Source of the DNA: Phyllobates terribilis
Lineage: Eukaryota
DNA: 64,000 bases
Reading direction: 5' to 3'
Assembly (NCBI RefSeq): GCF_046119375.1
Contig: NW_027362769.1
Coordinates: forward strand, 259,656,001 to 259,720,000
Shown here in pieces: positions 49,724-61,783 of the stretch; positions within the stretch are counted from its first letter, which is position 1, and every line of letters starts with the position of its first letter. Below the pieces are notes generated by a model. The model did not search any database, was not told where the DNA came from, and saw nothing but the letters and a program-made list of their open reading frames with translations. A program made the position numbers and the translations under genes.

Positions 49724-50887
49724 ATGTCCGAGGAACAGCACGACGCCAGAATACCGGTTAATGGCTCTGATGTTCAACCCGCGCCTGACGCCAGGCTGGC
49801 CGGAGCGGCCGCTCCACCAGCAGCGCCTGTAACCCCTGTCATTCCCATAACTCTGCCGTACATTCCTGGAGCAAAGTGGCTCCCCCAGTACAACGGCAGA
49901 CCAGATACCCTGTCTGGATTCAAACGGAAGATATGCGGTATCTTGGACATGTATTCTATGACAGGCAAGCAGAGGGCCGCTGTTGTATTAGGACAACTGA
50001 CTGGTGCTGCGGAACAGGAAGTGGAAACATGGTCAGCCGCAGACCAGGAGTCAGTGTCAAAGCTACAGACTGTTTTTGAGGATCATACCGAGGCGGACCT
50101 CCGGATGAGGTTCTACAACTGTTCCCAACAGCCAGAGGACAATGTTCGGGACTATGCCTGGCGTCTACAAGGGGCCCTGCGGGCTCTGAAACAGGTTAGT
50201 CCGACCAGCATCGAAAATGAAAACAAAATGCTGAAGGAAGAGTTTGTCCGGGGACTGAGGTCTCCAGAGGAGAGCAGAACTGTACGTTGGTGGTCCTTGG
50301 ATCATCCAGATGCCACCTTTGACAATCTTAAGGACATGGCTATAAAAGGACTGCAGCCCCTGGAAACAAATGCCATCCAATGTTACCAGGGTGGGGCTAC
50401 CCCAGTGCCTGCTACACCCACCTTTTCCCCAGTGGCTGCTGAAGCCAAGGTTCCAGCAACGTCTCCTAGAGAGCTGGACAGTCTGCGCTCTGATGTGCGC
50501 CAGTTGAGCAAAAGCCTGACCACTGTGCTGAGTGCTCTGCAGCTACGGACGGAGCCCGAGGAAGGAGGGAAAATCCTGTTAGCAGATAGCCCTGAGGATG
50601 TCCCCTGGATGCGAAGGAGGAGGAGGACAACACCACCCTCTACGAGGATCAGTGACCAGCGCCGTCCACAGAAGGACCCTACCTGCTACTGCTGCCACAA
50701 GACCGGACACACCGCCCAGAATTGTCCTTTAAACGAGAAAACCCTGGGGCCGAGGGCCGACACCCAGGAGTATCTCAGCCAGGCCCCTCAGACTGGTACA
50801 ACAGGTTCGTCGGAGGAAGATCTTTCCTGTCCATTGTGCTGGACGGCATCCCGACGCACGCTCTGCTGGACACAGGATCTCAGGTAA
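49724..50887 (+). CDS. gag: Gypsy C gag
   Basis: 387-aa ORF with CYCCHKTGHTAQNC knuckle, homologous to Gypsy A gag. Confidence 0.9.
   Translation: MSEEQHDARIPVNGSDVQPAPDARLAGAAAPPAAPVTPVIPITLPYIPGAKWLPQYNGRPDTLSGFKRKICGILDMYSMTGKQRAAVVLGQLTGAAEQEVETWSAADQESVSKLQTVFEDHTEADLRMRFYNCSQQPEDNVRDYAWRLQGALRALKQVSPTSIENENKMLKEEFVRGLRSPEESRTVRWWSLDHPDATFDNLKDMAIKGLQPLETNAIQCYQGGATPVPATPTFSPVAAEAKVPATSPRELDSLRSDVRQLSKSLTTVLSALQLRTEPEEGGKILLADSPEDVPWMRRRRRTTPPSTRISDQRRPQKDPTCYCCHKTGHTAQNCPLNEKTLGPRADTQEYLSQAPQTGTTGSSEEDLSCPLCWTASRRTLCWTQDLR
50728..50768 (+). promoter_or_regulatory. -1 programmed frameshift signal
   Basis: T TTA AAC in gag phase, an 8-nt spacer, then a CCTGGG/CCCAGG stem. pol is in the -1 frame. 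Confidence 0.75.
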
Positions 50888-53800
50888 CCATAATGCCTGA
50901 CGTCCTCTACAAGAGGTTCTGGTCCATGGGCGACCTAAGCCCACCAGCTCCAAATCTTTCTGTTTATGCCTCAAATGAACTCCCCCTTAACCTAATCGGG
51001 GTTAAGAATGTGACAGTAAAGGTGGGGAGAGTGGAGCTGAAGGACCAGGGACTAATTGTAGTAGAGACTAATCCTGATGATACCAATCCGTATATGGTAC
51101 TAGGCACTAACATTGTTGGTAACTGTTTGGGAGAAGTTGTGTTCTTGCTCCAACAGATAGCTGACACTGCCAGACCAGGACAGAGGAGGGTGCTGCAGAA
51201 GGAGATCCGAGTCCTGATGTACCAGCAGCAAGTAAGGTTAACAGATGGTGAAATCGGTAATGTGCGGGTGACGGACCCCATACCCATTGTGATCCCCCCA
51301 ATGAGTGAAATGCTTATCTGGTGTAGAGCTGCTATAGGTCTTAGAGGACAGAGCTACCAGGCGGTAGTAGAACCCCTTTGCTCCGAGCACAGACCCACGC
51401 TCTTAACTGCCAGAGGAGTGGTAGATGTACGCAATGGGAGGGTGCCCGTCCGTCTTCTCAACTGTGGGGAAGATGAGGTCAGATTGCCACGTTATGCCAC
51501 TGTTGCCAAATTACATGCTGTAAATAACAATTGCATTCACAAGGCGGAGTCCTTAACCTCACCAGACGAAGTGGAGGATAATGGCACTGCAACCCAGGTG
51601 GAGGATTGGTGTCAACAGCTCCATGTTGGGACAGACACCACTCCTGCCCATCAGAAACAGGGTGTACACCGGGTGGTTCAAGACTATGCGTAGGTGTTCA
51701 GTAAACATCCACTTGACTTCGGGAGGATTAAGGGGTTTCAACACCATATCCCCACAGGTGACCATCCACCCATCAAAGAACGTTACAGGCCTATACCACC
51801 AGCACACTACCAGAAGGCTAAGGAAATGTTGCACGACATGAGAAAGGCGGGGGTAGTAAGGGATAGTTGTAGTCCCTGGGCAGCTCCCCTAGTGCTAGTT
51901 AGGAAAAAGGACGGGAGCATGAGAATGTGTGTAGATTAACAACAAGTAAATCGCATTACACATAAAGATGCATACCCTTTACCACGTATTGAGGAATCCC
52001 TGACTGCCTTGAAGTCTGCAAATTACTTTTCCACCCTTGAACTCACTAGTGGGTACTGGCAAGTAGCTTTGTTGAGGAGGATCGGGAGAAGACGGCCTTC
52101 ACTACCCCGATGGGACTCTGCGAGTTCAACAGTATGCCGTTTGGACTCTGCAATGCCCCTGGAACGTTCCAGAGATTGATGGAGTGCTGCCTGGGACACC
52201 GCAACTTCGAGACTGTGTTACTATACCTGGATGACATGATAGTGTACTCCAAAACGTATGAGGACCACCTGAAGCACCTGGCAGAGGTATTTGAGTCACT
52301 GTCCCGGTACAGGATGAAGTTGAAGCCCTCAAAGTGACACCTGCTCAAGAGAAAGGTACAGTACCTGGGGCACATTGTCAGTCCGGAAGGGGTAGCACCA
52401 GACCGGGAGATGGTCACTGCCATCCAGAAGTGGCCGGAGCCGAAGAACCTCAAGATGGTGCGTCAGTCCTTGGGACTAGTAGGATACTACCGGAGGTTTG
52501 TAAAAGACTACACCAAGAAAGCAGCTCCTCTGCAAGACCTCCTGGTAGGGCAGTCCCAGAAGGGCAGAAATCCCCCATTCCACTGGGGTAAGGAGCAAGC
52601 CGAGTCATTTCAGCAGATGAAGGAGATCCTGACAGGCGATGAGATCCTAGCCTACCTTGACTACAGCCAACCGTTCCTGCTGTATACTGATGCCAGCAAT
52701 GAAGGACTGGGAGCTGTCATAAGTCAGAAGCAGAATGGCCAAGAGAAAGTGATTGCATAAGCAAGCAGGAAGCTCCGCCCGACCGAGAGGAACCCAGAGA
52801 ACTATAGCAGCTTTAAGTTGGAGTTCCTGGCCTTGGTCTGGGCCATCACAGAAAGGTTCAAGCACTACCTAGCCTCCAGTAAGTTCACTGCCTTCATTGA
52901 TTACAACCCCTTGACCCATCATGAAACAGCTAAGCTAGGAGCACTGGAACAACGATGGATGGCTCGGCTGTCAAGTTATCAATTCACAATTAAATACCGG
53001 GCGGGCCGCAAGAACGCCAACGCCGATGCCCTGTCCAGGATGCCTCACCAGTCAGACACAGAAGAAGAAGTGGATGACCTGGAAGAGATTGAGCTACCTG
53101 TCTTTCACCGGAATGGGATGATCCACGAGCAATGAGCCACCAGGAGGCAGCGTGGAAAGATGTTAAACCCCCTACTTCACCACAGCTGGAAAGAGACCCA
53201 GGACAGTGACCCGGTTGTCAGTCGCATCAAGGAGCTGATAACCCAAGAAGGTTCCTCCCTGGAAAAAGAAGCGTCTCTGCAAGCAAAGCAGCTGTGGAAC
53301 GAGAGAAGCCGGCTGTTTATCTACCGTGAGAAGCTGTGCCGGAGGTACGTCAATACAAAAACCTATGAGATGGTATGGCAGATAGTGGTCCCCAAGACAG
53401 ACATCCAAATGGTGCTGGAGGCCTACCACGATCAGGCGGGGCACTTTGGCTGGAAAAAGCTAGAGACCCTGCTGAAGTGTCGATTCTACTGGGTAGGAAT
53501 GCGCAGCTCCACTGAACGGTGGTGCCGGGACTGTGGACCCTGTGGCCTCAGAAGAAAAGACTACAGCAGCCAGAAGGCACCCCTGCAACCCATCAAGATG
53601 ACTTGACCCCTGGAGATCATGGCCCTGGACCATGTCAAGCTGTCACCCAGCAGGTCAGGGTACTCGTATGCCCTGACCATGGTGGATCACTACTCACGTT
53701 TCCTGGTGGTCGCCCCCGTCAAAGACCTGACGGCCGAGACAACAGCAAAGACGTTCCAAGCGTATTTCTGTAGACCCCATGGTTATCCTGAGCAGGTGCT

Positions 53801-54851
53801 GACGGACCAAGGCCCGGCCTTTGAGGCTGAGTTGTTCAAGGAGTTCTGCCATTTATACGGGTGTAAGAAGATAAGAACTACACCGTACCACCCACAAACC
53901 AATGGTCTCTGTGAGAAGATGAATAACATCATCATCGACCTGCTGAAGACCATACCACTTGAGGAGAGAAATCAGTGGCCAGACCTACTACCTGACCTAG
54001 TAGATCTGTACAATCACATATCAGTAAGTTCCACCAACTGTACTCCGGCATATCTCATGAGAGCAAGGCCAGGAAAGCTGCCCATGGACCTGGAGCTTGG
54101 TGTTGTAGAATCAGAAGCGGATGTGACCACTGAGGACTGGGACACGGCCAGACAGGAGCAGTACAGAAGAGTACAAGCAAGTGTTGAAGACAGTCTCACT
54201 CGGGTGAGGGACAAGCAGGAAGCTCAATACAACAGAGGTGCCCAAGCAGAACCCTTCACACCTAGTGAAGTAGTATTAAAAAGGAAAAGAAGAAACCACA
54301 AACTTGATGACCAGTGGGAGAGGGAACCCTACACTGTGTTGAATTCAAGATTTGATAATAGGAAGACTTGCATAATTAGCAGAGGCGGAGGAAGGACGAC
54401 TGCAACAGTATCCAGGGATCACTTAAAGTTGTGTCCAGATCTGATAAAACCCCAAGAGGAAGTGCCTCTCGTTATCCCGGAGGAGCCTAAAGAAGCAGTA
54501 ATACACACTGACTTAGGAGATTTCCCGGCAGATTGGCCCCAACTAGGAGGAGCAGTAATCATCCCTGTAATTACCTTCTACCCACAGCAAGAAGAGCCTG
54601 TAAGTGCTGAAGAGGAGCCAGCTAAAGAAGAATCCCCGGATGAAGGATCCCCGGTAGGAGAAGAGCAAGAAGGCCCAGCCAATGGTGAACTTGTCAGTCC
54701 TGTAGAGAGGTCAATGCAGCCTTGTAGCCTCTTCACACCTAGTACTGACACATTGGGAGGTAGAGCACCTATTAGTGCCTCACGCATTCCAGTACCACGC
54801 AGGTCTACGCGTAGTACTAAAGGTCAACCCCCTGTCAGGTATAATCAGTAA
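50728..54851 (+). pseudogene. pol: Gypsy C pol (PR-RT-RH-IN)
   Basis: LLDTGS, YLDD, YTDAS, HHCC zinc domain and the ALDH/LTDQG/LCEK DDE triad. Stops near 51691, 51937, 52335, 52758, 53133 and 53604, and a frameshift near 52070. Confidence 0.93.
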
Positions 54852-55428
54852 GATAGCTAAACTCTGACAAATGTAGATAGTTACCCCTGGGGTATTATAT
54901 AGCATTAAATTTAATTGAATTATATTGTGTGTTTTCATGCATATGTATATTATTTTGTGCTTTGCTTTATTACTGAACAGTTCAAGTTATATGGACACTT
55001 TACCTAATGACTTCCTTATTTATCTAAGAACTCCGTGGCTGTGGACTGTATGCAGCCCAAAAACTATTTCTTGTAAATATTTGCACTCCCTGGAGTGCCC
55101 TTCTAGGTGACCTCAGAAGTAAAACCTGTCTGGTGTTGCTCTAATGGGGGTCCAACTCGGGATCTTCATGCCCTGCAACCACCCCAGGGCCTACGTTGAG
55201 GGTTTGGGACAGGTCCCTCAAGCCACCAAGTACTCTACCCTGTGAGATGGACATCCTGTCTGGGAACCTCACCACAAGAGACTTGAATTCTGAGGACGCT
55301 TTGTACCTGTTTATGTTATTATGCAACGTTTAAGAAATGTGCCTCCCATAAAGGGAAGAGTTATTGCATTGTTAATGTTTACTATTGTTGTTTTAAAATG
55401 TACTTCAGCCCGGGAGTGCTGAGCTTTG

Positions 55429-55439
55429 CTAGGGGGGAA
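55429..55439 (+). promoter_or_regulatory. Polypurine tract
   Basis: CTAGGGGGGAA immediately precedes the TGTGGCGCCC start of the 3' LTR. Confidence 0.85.
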
Positions 55440-55487
55440 TGTGGCGCCCAGCTGCGCTTGGTACCACAGATCCTAGAAGGGTGCATT

Positions 55488-56716
55488 TGTGGCGCCCCTG
55501 AGGGATCGACCGCCACAGGAATGCTGCACTTCTCCAATGGAGTGTGGTGTTCCTCCTCTGAGGTAAGGCCGGTGTGATGGTTGTGACCTAACCCTTTTGC
55601 ATCCAACACCACATTTCTCCACCAGAGGGAGCTAGAATGCACTAGGTTCTGCTCCCCTGGTTACAGGGAGACTGGGGAACACAAAGTGGTAGGAACCAGT
55701 TAGTGGGTGTGGGTGGAGGATCAACTAGTTGGTTACACTTCAAATTTGATATTTAATAGAATGCCATCTTTGATCTGGGGTCTTTGGCGGTTCTATTGGC
55801 TCTTGGTTCTTGGTATGTCAAGTGGTCTAAACTACTGTGTGTTATGTGACCTCCCTCCGGGAGTGCAGATCCTGTGTGGGCCTGCACCGGTAAGGGACAC
55901 AGCCCTCGTACCCTGGCCTTGGGACGAGAGGTAGGTTGTGGACAAGGAATGTCTCAACCCGGCCAAGGACCAGGATCAAGAAGGCCCGGGAGCTTTAGAG
56001 TGTGGCTCCCTAGCAAATGGGTCCCGGGGAGGATGCAGACAGAGCAGAGCACGCCACCTGTCCTCGCCTACCTGATCTATTCAGAGGGATTCCGTCTGCA
56101 AGAGTGGTACCGGCCCCCGACACCCGACCTTGTACTCTACGTCCAGGACGGGAAAGCCCGGCTAGGCCCTGAGGATCCCACCGGGCGTCGGATGGAGAGG
56201 AATTGCCACCCGAGCCCTACACCTGAGAGGAGCTCAGAGGGAGACCCGGCCTATCTACACACGCACAGACGGGAAAGGGTGAAGTCTGTAGTGCAGGAAC
56301 ACTCTGGTGTAGGGTCGCTACCGAACACTGGACTTCCTCGGAGGTAGTCGGACCCCCGTCCCTGGTGGCCGCAGGACTCCTTGAGGAGCAGGGAGTCACC
56401 TTCCCGTTAACATCTCTGAGTGAGTAAAGCCTTGGAAGTTCACCCCTATGGCCTCCGGACTGTTCATTACGCGCCATACCACGCGACGTGGTGCCCGTAT
56501 CTCCCCACGCTACTACTACCCTCCTTCATCTTGTTTGCCCTGAGGCCTTGCTCCGTCTGTGGGGAGCAGTAATAACTTTAGCCGCCATGACATCGAGCCT
56601 CAGCGGACTGCTAGCAGCTCTGGTGGCCTTTCACCAGACACCACAGGTGGCGTAGTCGTAAAAATCAGCCACTCAATCCGGAATAGCCCACACCATCTCT
56701 TTCTAATGTGACGGGC
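55488..56716 (+). mobile_element. Foreign-family LTR segment inside the Gypsy C 3' LTR
   Basis: Begins with a new TGTGGCGCCCC terminus, is absent from the 5' LTR, and replaces about 200 bp. Confidence 0.75.
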
Positions 56717-57826
56717 AGTGAAATGCTGTGTGTGCGGAAAAGCATGTGGGTTGCTGTGTAGGCAAGCTAGGCCTCCAGCGGTCCTGAAGCCCAGTCTAGA
56801 CTCAGGAGCTCAAGTAAGTGAGCCCAAGGTGTGCCGATGCCTGTAAGAGCGGTGAAGAGCGGCAAGCTGCCATTAGTGTGAGTACCCTAGTGAGGGCCGG
56901 AGCGTGGCCGAAGGCGAGTGGAAAGTGAGTAGCAGTGGGGGCAGAGGAGCTTACCCAGCTCACCCCGAAACATATACCGGACACCGGGTCCGAGCTTACC
57001 GGGATCTCTATGACCCAGTAAGGCATAACCGGAATCCCTGGAGAATTACAGGTCCCAGGTTCACCAGAGAGCTGATACGTATTAGAGCCAGGAGACACAT
57101 AGGCCCCGTAAGCTGGGAGCGTGCACTCCAATAGAAGGCCCTACCACAACGTCAGCCGGTGCAGAACAGAGATAAAGTTAGGCCTAGCTTCAGGCACGTC
57201 AGAAACTTACTACGCAGAGGCAAAAAACAGGAGGCCCTACACTCGCTCATTGGGGAGGATCCTGATATGCACCCTTCACCCTACAGTGCTCCGGGATGTG
57301 CCTGAACTACCACCAGTAAAAGGTACTGAAGTGACTACCGTGTCCATCCCCGTTCTTGCTCTGACCCGGCTGGGTCTCGCCTGTCCTGCATCCCCCCTCT
57401 CCGTACGCTGCCCTGAGGCCTAGCTCCATCTGTGGGGAGCTATAACATCGAGCTGCCATATCATCGGCCTCAGTGGACTGCCGCAGCGCTGGTGATTCTC
57501 ACCAGAAACCACAGGTGGTGTCACGAACTTCCATAAACTTAACAAACAATCTCCTTTTAAAAGCTGACCCCAGGGTACGGGCCCGGGAGCCGACCACCGC
57601 GACATCCCCAAGGCCAGGCAAAGGCCCGGGTACCGAGTCATCTCCATCCCCCTGGGCGAGTCATTTACATCCAGGCAATTACCACTAACGTCTCATCAGA
57701 TCAGAGTCAGATTCTGCTGCTTCTTCTCCATCTGGTCAGACCTTCATGTCCACATCACCCAGCCACGACTCATCTTGTCACTATGATCAGTGCAGCCTAG
57801 AAAATAACAAGGTCACATATATTGTA

Positions 57827-59389
57827 CACTGCTCAAAAAAATAAAGGGAACACTTAAACAACAGAATATTACTCCAAATGAATCAAACTTCTGTGAAATC
57901 AAACTGTCCACTTAGGAAGCAACACCGATTGAAATTCGATCAATTTCACATGCTGTTGTGCAAATGGAATAGACAATAGATGGAAATTATTGGCAATTAT
58001 CAAGACACCATCAATAAAGGAGTGGTTCTGCAGGTGGGGACCACAGACCACATCTCAGTACCAATGCTTTCTGGCTGATGCTTTGGTCACTTTTGAATGC
58101 TGGTTGTGCTTTCACACTCGGGGTAGCATGAGACGGACTCTACAACCCACAGAAGTTGCTCAAGTAGTGCAGCTCATCCAGGATGGCACATCAATGCTAG
58201 CTGTGGCAAGAAGGTTTGCTATGTCTGTCAGCGTAGTGTCCAGAGGCTGGAGGAGCTACCAGGAAACAGGCCAGTACACCAGGAGACTTGGAAGGGGCCG
58301 TAGGAGGGCAACAACCCAGTTGCAGGAGCGCTACCTCCTCTTTTGTGCAAGGAGGAACTGGAGAAGCACTGCCAGAGCCCTGCCAAATGACCTCCAGCAG
58401 GCCACAAATGTGCATGTGTCTGCACAAACGGTTAGAAACCGACTCCATGAAGGTGGTATGAGGGCCCGACTTCCACAGATGGGGGTTGTGCTCACAGCCC
58501 AACACCATGCAGGATGCTTTGCATTTGCCACAGAACACCAGGATTGGCAAAGTCGCCACTGGTGCCCTGTGCTCTTCACTGATGAAAGCAGGTTCACACT
58601 GAACACATGTGACAGACGTGACAGAGTCTGGAGAAGCCGCGGAGAGCAATCTGCTGCCTGCAATATCCTTCAGCATGACGGGTTTGGCAGTGGTTTAGTA
58701 ATGGTTTGGGGTGGTATTTCTTTGGAGGGCCGCACAGCCCTCAATATGGTCGCCAAAGGTAGCCTGACTGCCATTAGGTACCGAGATGAGATCCTCAGAC
58801 ACCTTGTGAGACCATATGCTGGTGCGGTTGGCCCTGGGTTCCTCTTAATGCAGGACAATGCCCGACCTCATGTGGCTGGAGTGTGTCAGCAGTTCCTGCA
58901 AGATGAAGGCATTGAAGCTATGGACTGCTCCCCCCCCCCCCCCCGTTCCCCAGACATCATGTCTCGCTCCATCCACCAACATCACGTTGCACCACAGACT
59001 GTCCAGGAGTTGGCGGATGTTTTAGTCCAGGTCTAGGAGGAGATCCCACAGGAGACCATCCGCAACCTCATCAGGAGCATGCCCAGGTGTTGTAGGGAAG
59101 TCATACAGGCACGTGGAGACCACACACAATACTGAGCCTCATTTTGACTTGTAAGGACATTACATCAAAGTTGGATCAGCCTGTAGTGTGTTTTTCCACT
59201 TTAATTTTGGGGGTGACTCCAAATCCAGGCCTCCATTGGTTAATAAATTTGATTTCCATTGATGATTTTTGGGTGATTTTGTTGTCAGCACATTCAACTT
59301 TGTACAGAACAAAGTATTCAATGAGAATATTTCATTCATTCAGATCTAGGATGTGTTATTTGAGTGTTCCTTTATTTTTTTGAGCAGTG
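57827..59389 (+). mobile_element. Full-length Tc1 transposon (1563 bp), non-functional; transposase about 58128-59135
   Basis: TA-CACTGCTCAAAAAAATAAAGG(G)AACAC TIRs at both ends. LFTDESRF and MQDNARPH are present, the SPDLNPIE motif has lost its E, and there is a TAG at 59034. Confidence 0.95.
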
Positions 59390-59614
59390 TATATATGCAT
59401 GTCTCCCCCACACTGACTACAGATATGTACCCCACCATTAATATGCTATTAGCCACTTAGTAATCAAAATATAAAGTGATGAGCACTGCAGCACTGTGCC
59501 CCCCATTAACTATAATCTCCACCTGCCAATAATATAAATTATTCAGTCTCTGTGACTCTCCCCAATTAACTGTAAGGCTATGTGCACACGGAAAATATAC
59601 AAGTCTGTACAGTA

Positions 59615-60260
59615 CAAGCAAAGTGAAACCCCCATCATTGCTCTGTCCCAGCACCCCGTCATTGATCTCTCCCAGCACCCCCCGTCATTACTCTCCCCAT
59701 CCCACCATCCTCATTAATGATCTCTCCATCCATATCATTGCTCTTCCCATCCTCATCATTGCTCTGTCCCAGCAACCACATCATTGCTCTCTCCCAGCAC
59801 CCACATTATTGCTCCCTCCCTGTCATTGCTCTCCCCATCATTGCTCTCCCCATTGCCACCATTGCTCTCCCCATCCCCACCATCCTCATCATTGCTCTTC
59901 CCATCCCCACCATTGCTCTACCCAGCCCCATCATTGCTCTACCCAGCCCCATCATTTCTCACCCCAGCCCCATCATTGCTCACCCCAGCCCCATCATTGC
60001 TCTCCCAAGCCCCATCATTGCTCTCCCCAACCCCATCATTGCTCTCCCCAACCCCATCATTGCTCTTCCCAGTCCCATCATTGCTCTTCCCAGCCCCATC
60101 ATTGCTCTTCCCAGCCCCATCATTGCTCTTCCCAGCCCCATCATTGTTCTCCCCAGACCCATCATTGCTCTCCCCAGCTCCATCATTGCTCTCCCCAGCA
60201 CCATCACTGCTCTCCCCAGCCCCATCACTGCTCTCCCCAGCCCCATCATTGCTGTCCCCC
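59615..60260. repeat. 21-bp minisatellite (CCCAGCCCCATCATTGCTCTY), about 30 copies
   Basis: Direct reading. It accounts for the repetitive ORFs in five frames. Confidence 0.9.
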
Positions 60261-61783
60261 ACCTCCACTCATTCTCCTGTTTCTCTCCTAGCGTTTCAGT
60301 ATAAAAAAAAATACACACACAACTTACCTCTCAGCCCACTCCCGCAGCATCCTCCTAGTCTCTGGTAACTTTCTCCCTGACACAGGCCCACACTGCAAGC
60401 AACATGAGCCTGTGTCAGGGAGGAAGCACTGGGAAGGAAGCAGAGGACGAATCCCTGCAGCTACGCTGCCATTTTCCTCCTGTCAGCAGTGGAGCCGCAG
60501 GAATCGCTCCCTGCCCGCCGCAAATGATGAGAGCAATATGGCCATGGGCCCCCCGGAGCCTGGAACTCCGAGAAGCAGGCCAGATTTCCCTCATCATTAG
60601 CCGCCCAGAAAGGGGCCCCCTGCATCGCCGGGCCCCGGTGCAGTTGCACCGGCGGTAGGTCCGCCCCTGCCCTTAATGACTGCCAAAACGCCTTATAATG
60701 GCAGTCGTTACTATACTTATTCCTCAGTGCCTCTTATTCATGGCTCTGAGGAATAATAGTATAGCGCTGCTCCGCGGCCGAATTTCCAGTGGGTGTCAGC
60801 TGTATATGACAGCTGACAACCTGTGGTATCATCCATGGTCAATTTTGAGCCGATCGGTGCCGTTTAACCTTTTAAATACCGCTGTCAATCATGACAGCAG
60901 TATTTAAGTTGTTACAAGAGGGTTGCAAGACCCCCTTAGCAACCATCAGACCCCCACCATGGGAATCACGGGTCCCGATTGTTACCATGGTACGCTGAAG
61001 TCATGTGATGACCTCAAGGTACGGTGGCCTGTGAGATCCAGCTATAAGCTGGGTCTCACAGGCACAGTCAGTGAGGAACTGACTTCTCTCATGCACTGCA
61101 GTACACGAGTACTGCAGTGTATCAGAACAGTGATCAAAAAAAATTATACATGTCCCACAGTGGGACATAGTGAAAAAGTGAAAAAAAGTAAAGTAAAAAA
61201 AAAAAAAGACAAAAAAAGTGCACACAAATCATTAAAATCAGTTTCTCCACACAAAACGCAGAGTTTGTGATAAAAGAAAAATAAACAAAAAAACGCACAC
61301 AGAATTGGTATCACCGCATCTCTATGGGGAGGAGGTTACTTCAGGGGGACGGCTTTAAATATTTGTGCTCCATGTCGCTATGACCGTCAAATGTCCATCC
61401 AATCACCTGCCAGCATATAGTGGATGGTACAGTATTTCACATTATAGGGGGAGGGTATTGTTTTATAGATGTTTTATTATTTATTATATTGATGAAACAA
61501 CATGTGAAAGTCAATAAATGACTCCTCACGTGATGCAATATATCATTATGATTTGTGATTGCATCCAAAAACTATATTTTGAAGAGGTGAATATGACCCT
61601 GCAGTAAATAGTTCTGCCCAGTGAGCGATAACATCACAAACTACCGTATGAGGTCACAATGCAAACATTCTATCTCTATGGATACGGAACCTGCCGCTAG
61701 TAACAGTTCTACTGACACAGTGAAAACGCGACATTTCATATTCACTTTCTGTGACGTGAGAACCGAAATCGCTATCCGCTATA

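Larger units (their letters stand above)
48138..57663 (+). mobile_element. Full-length Ty3/Gypsy C, decayed
   Basis: 5' LTR 48138-49332, 3' LTR 55440-57663 (chimeric), TSD TTTA (48134-48137 and 57664-57667). The LTR copies differ by about 7% in a 190-bp sample. Confidence 0.95.
47226..60669. mobile_element. hAT-type MITE expanded to 13.4 kb by nested insertions
   Basis: Ends CAGAGGCGGACA and GGTCCGCCCCTG, TSD CTCTTAAT/CCCTTAAT (7/8 match). It sits in the terminus of a TTAA element that starts at 47217 and resumes at 60678. Confidence 0.7.

Noticed and set aside
59623-60368. His/Cys-rich, Pro-rich and Gly-rich ORFs
   Set aside because: They are products of the 21-bp minisatellite in five frames, with no gene context.
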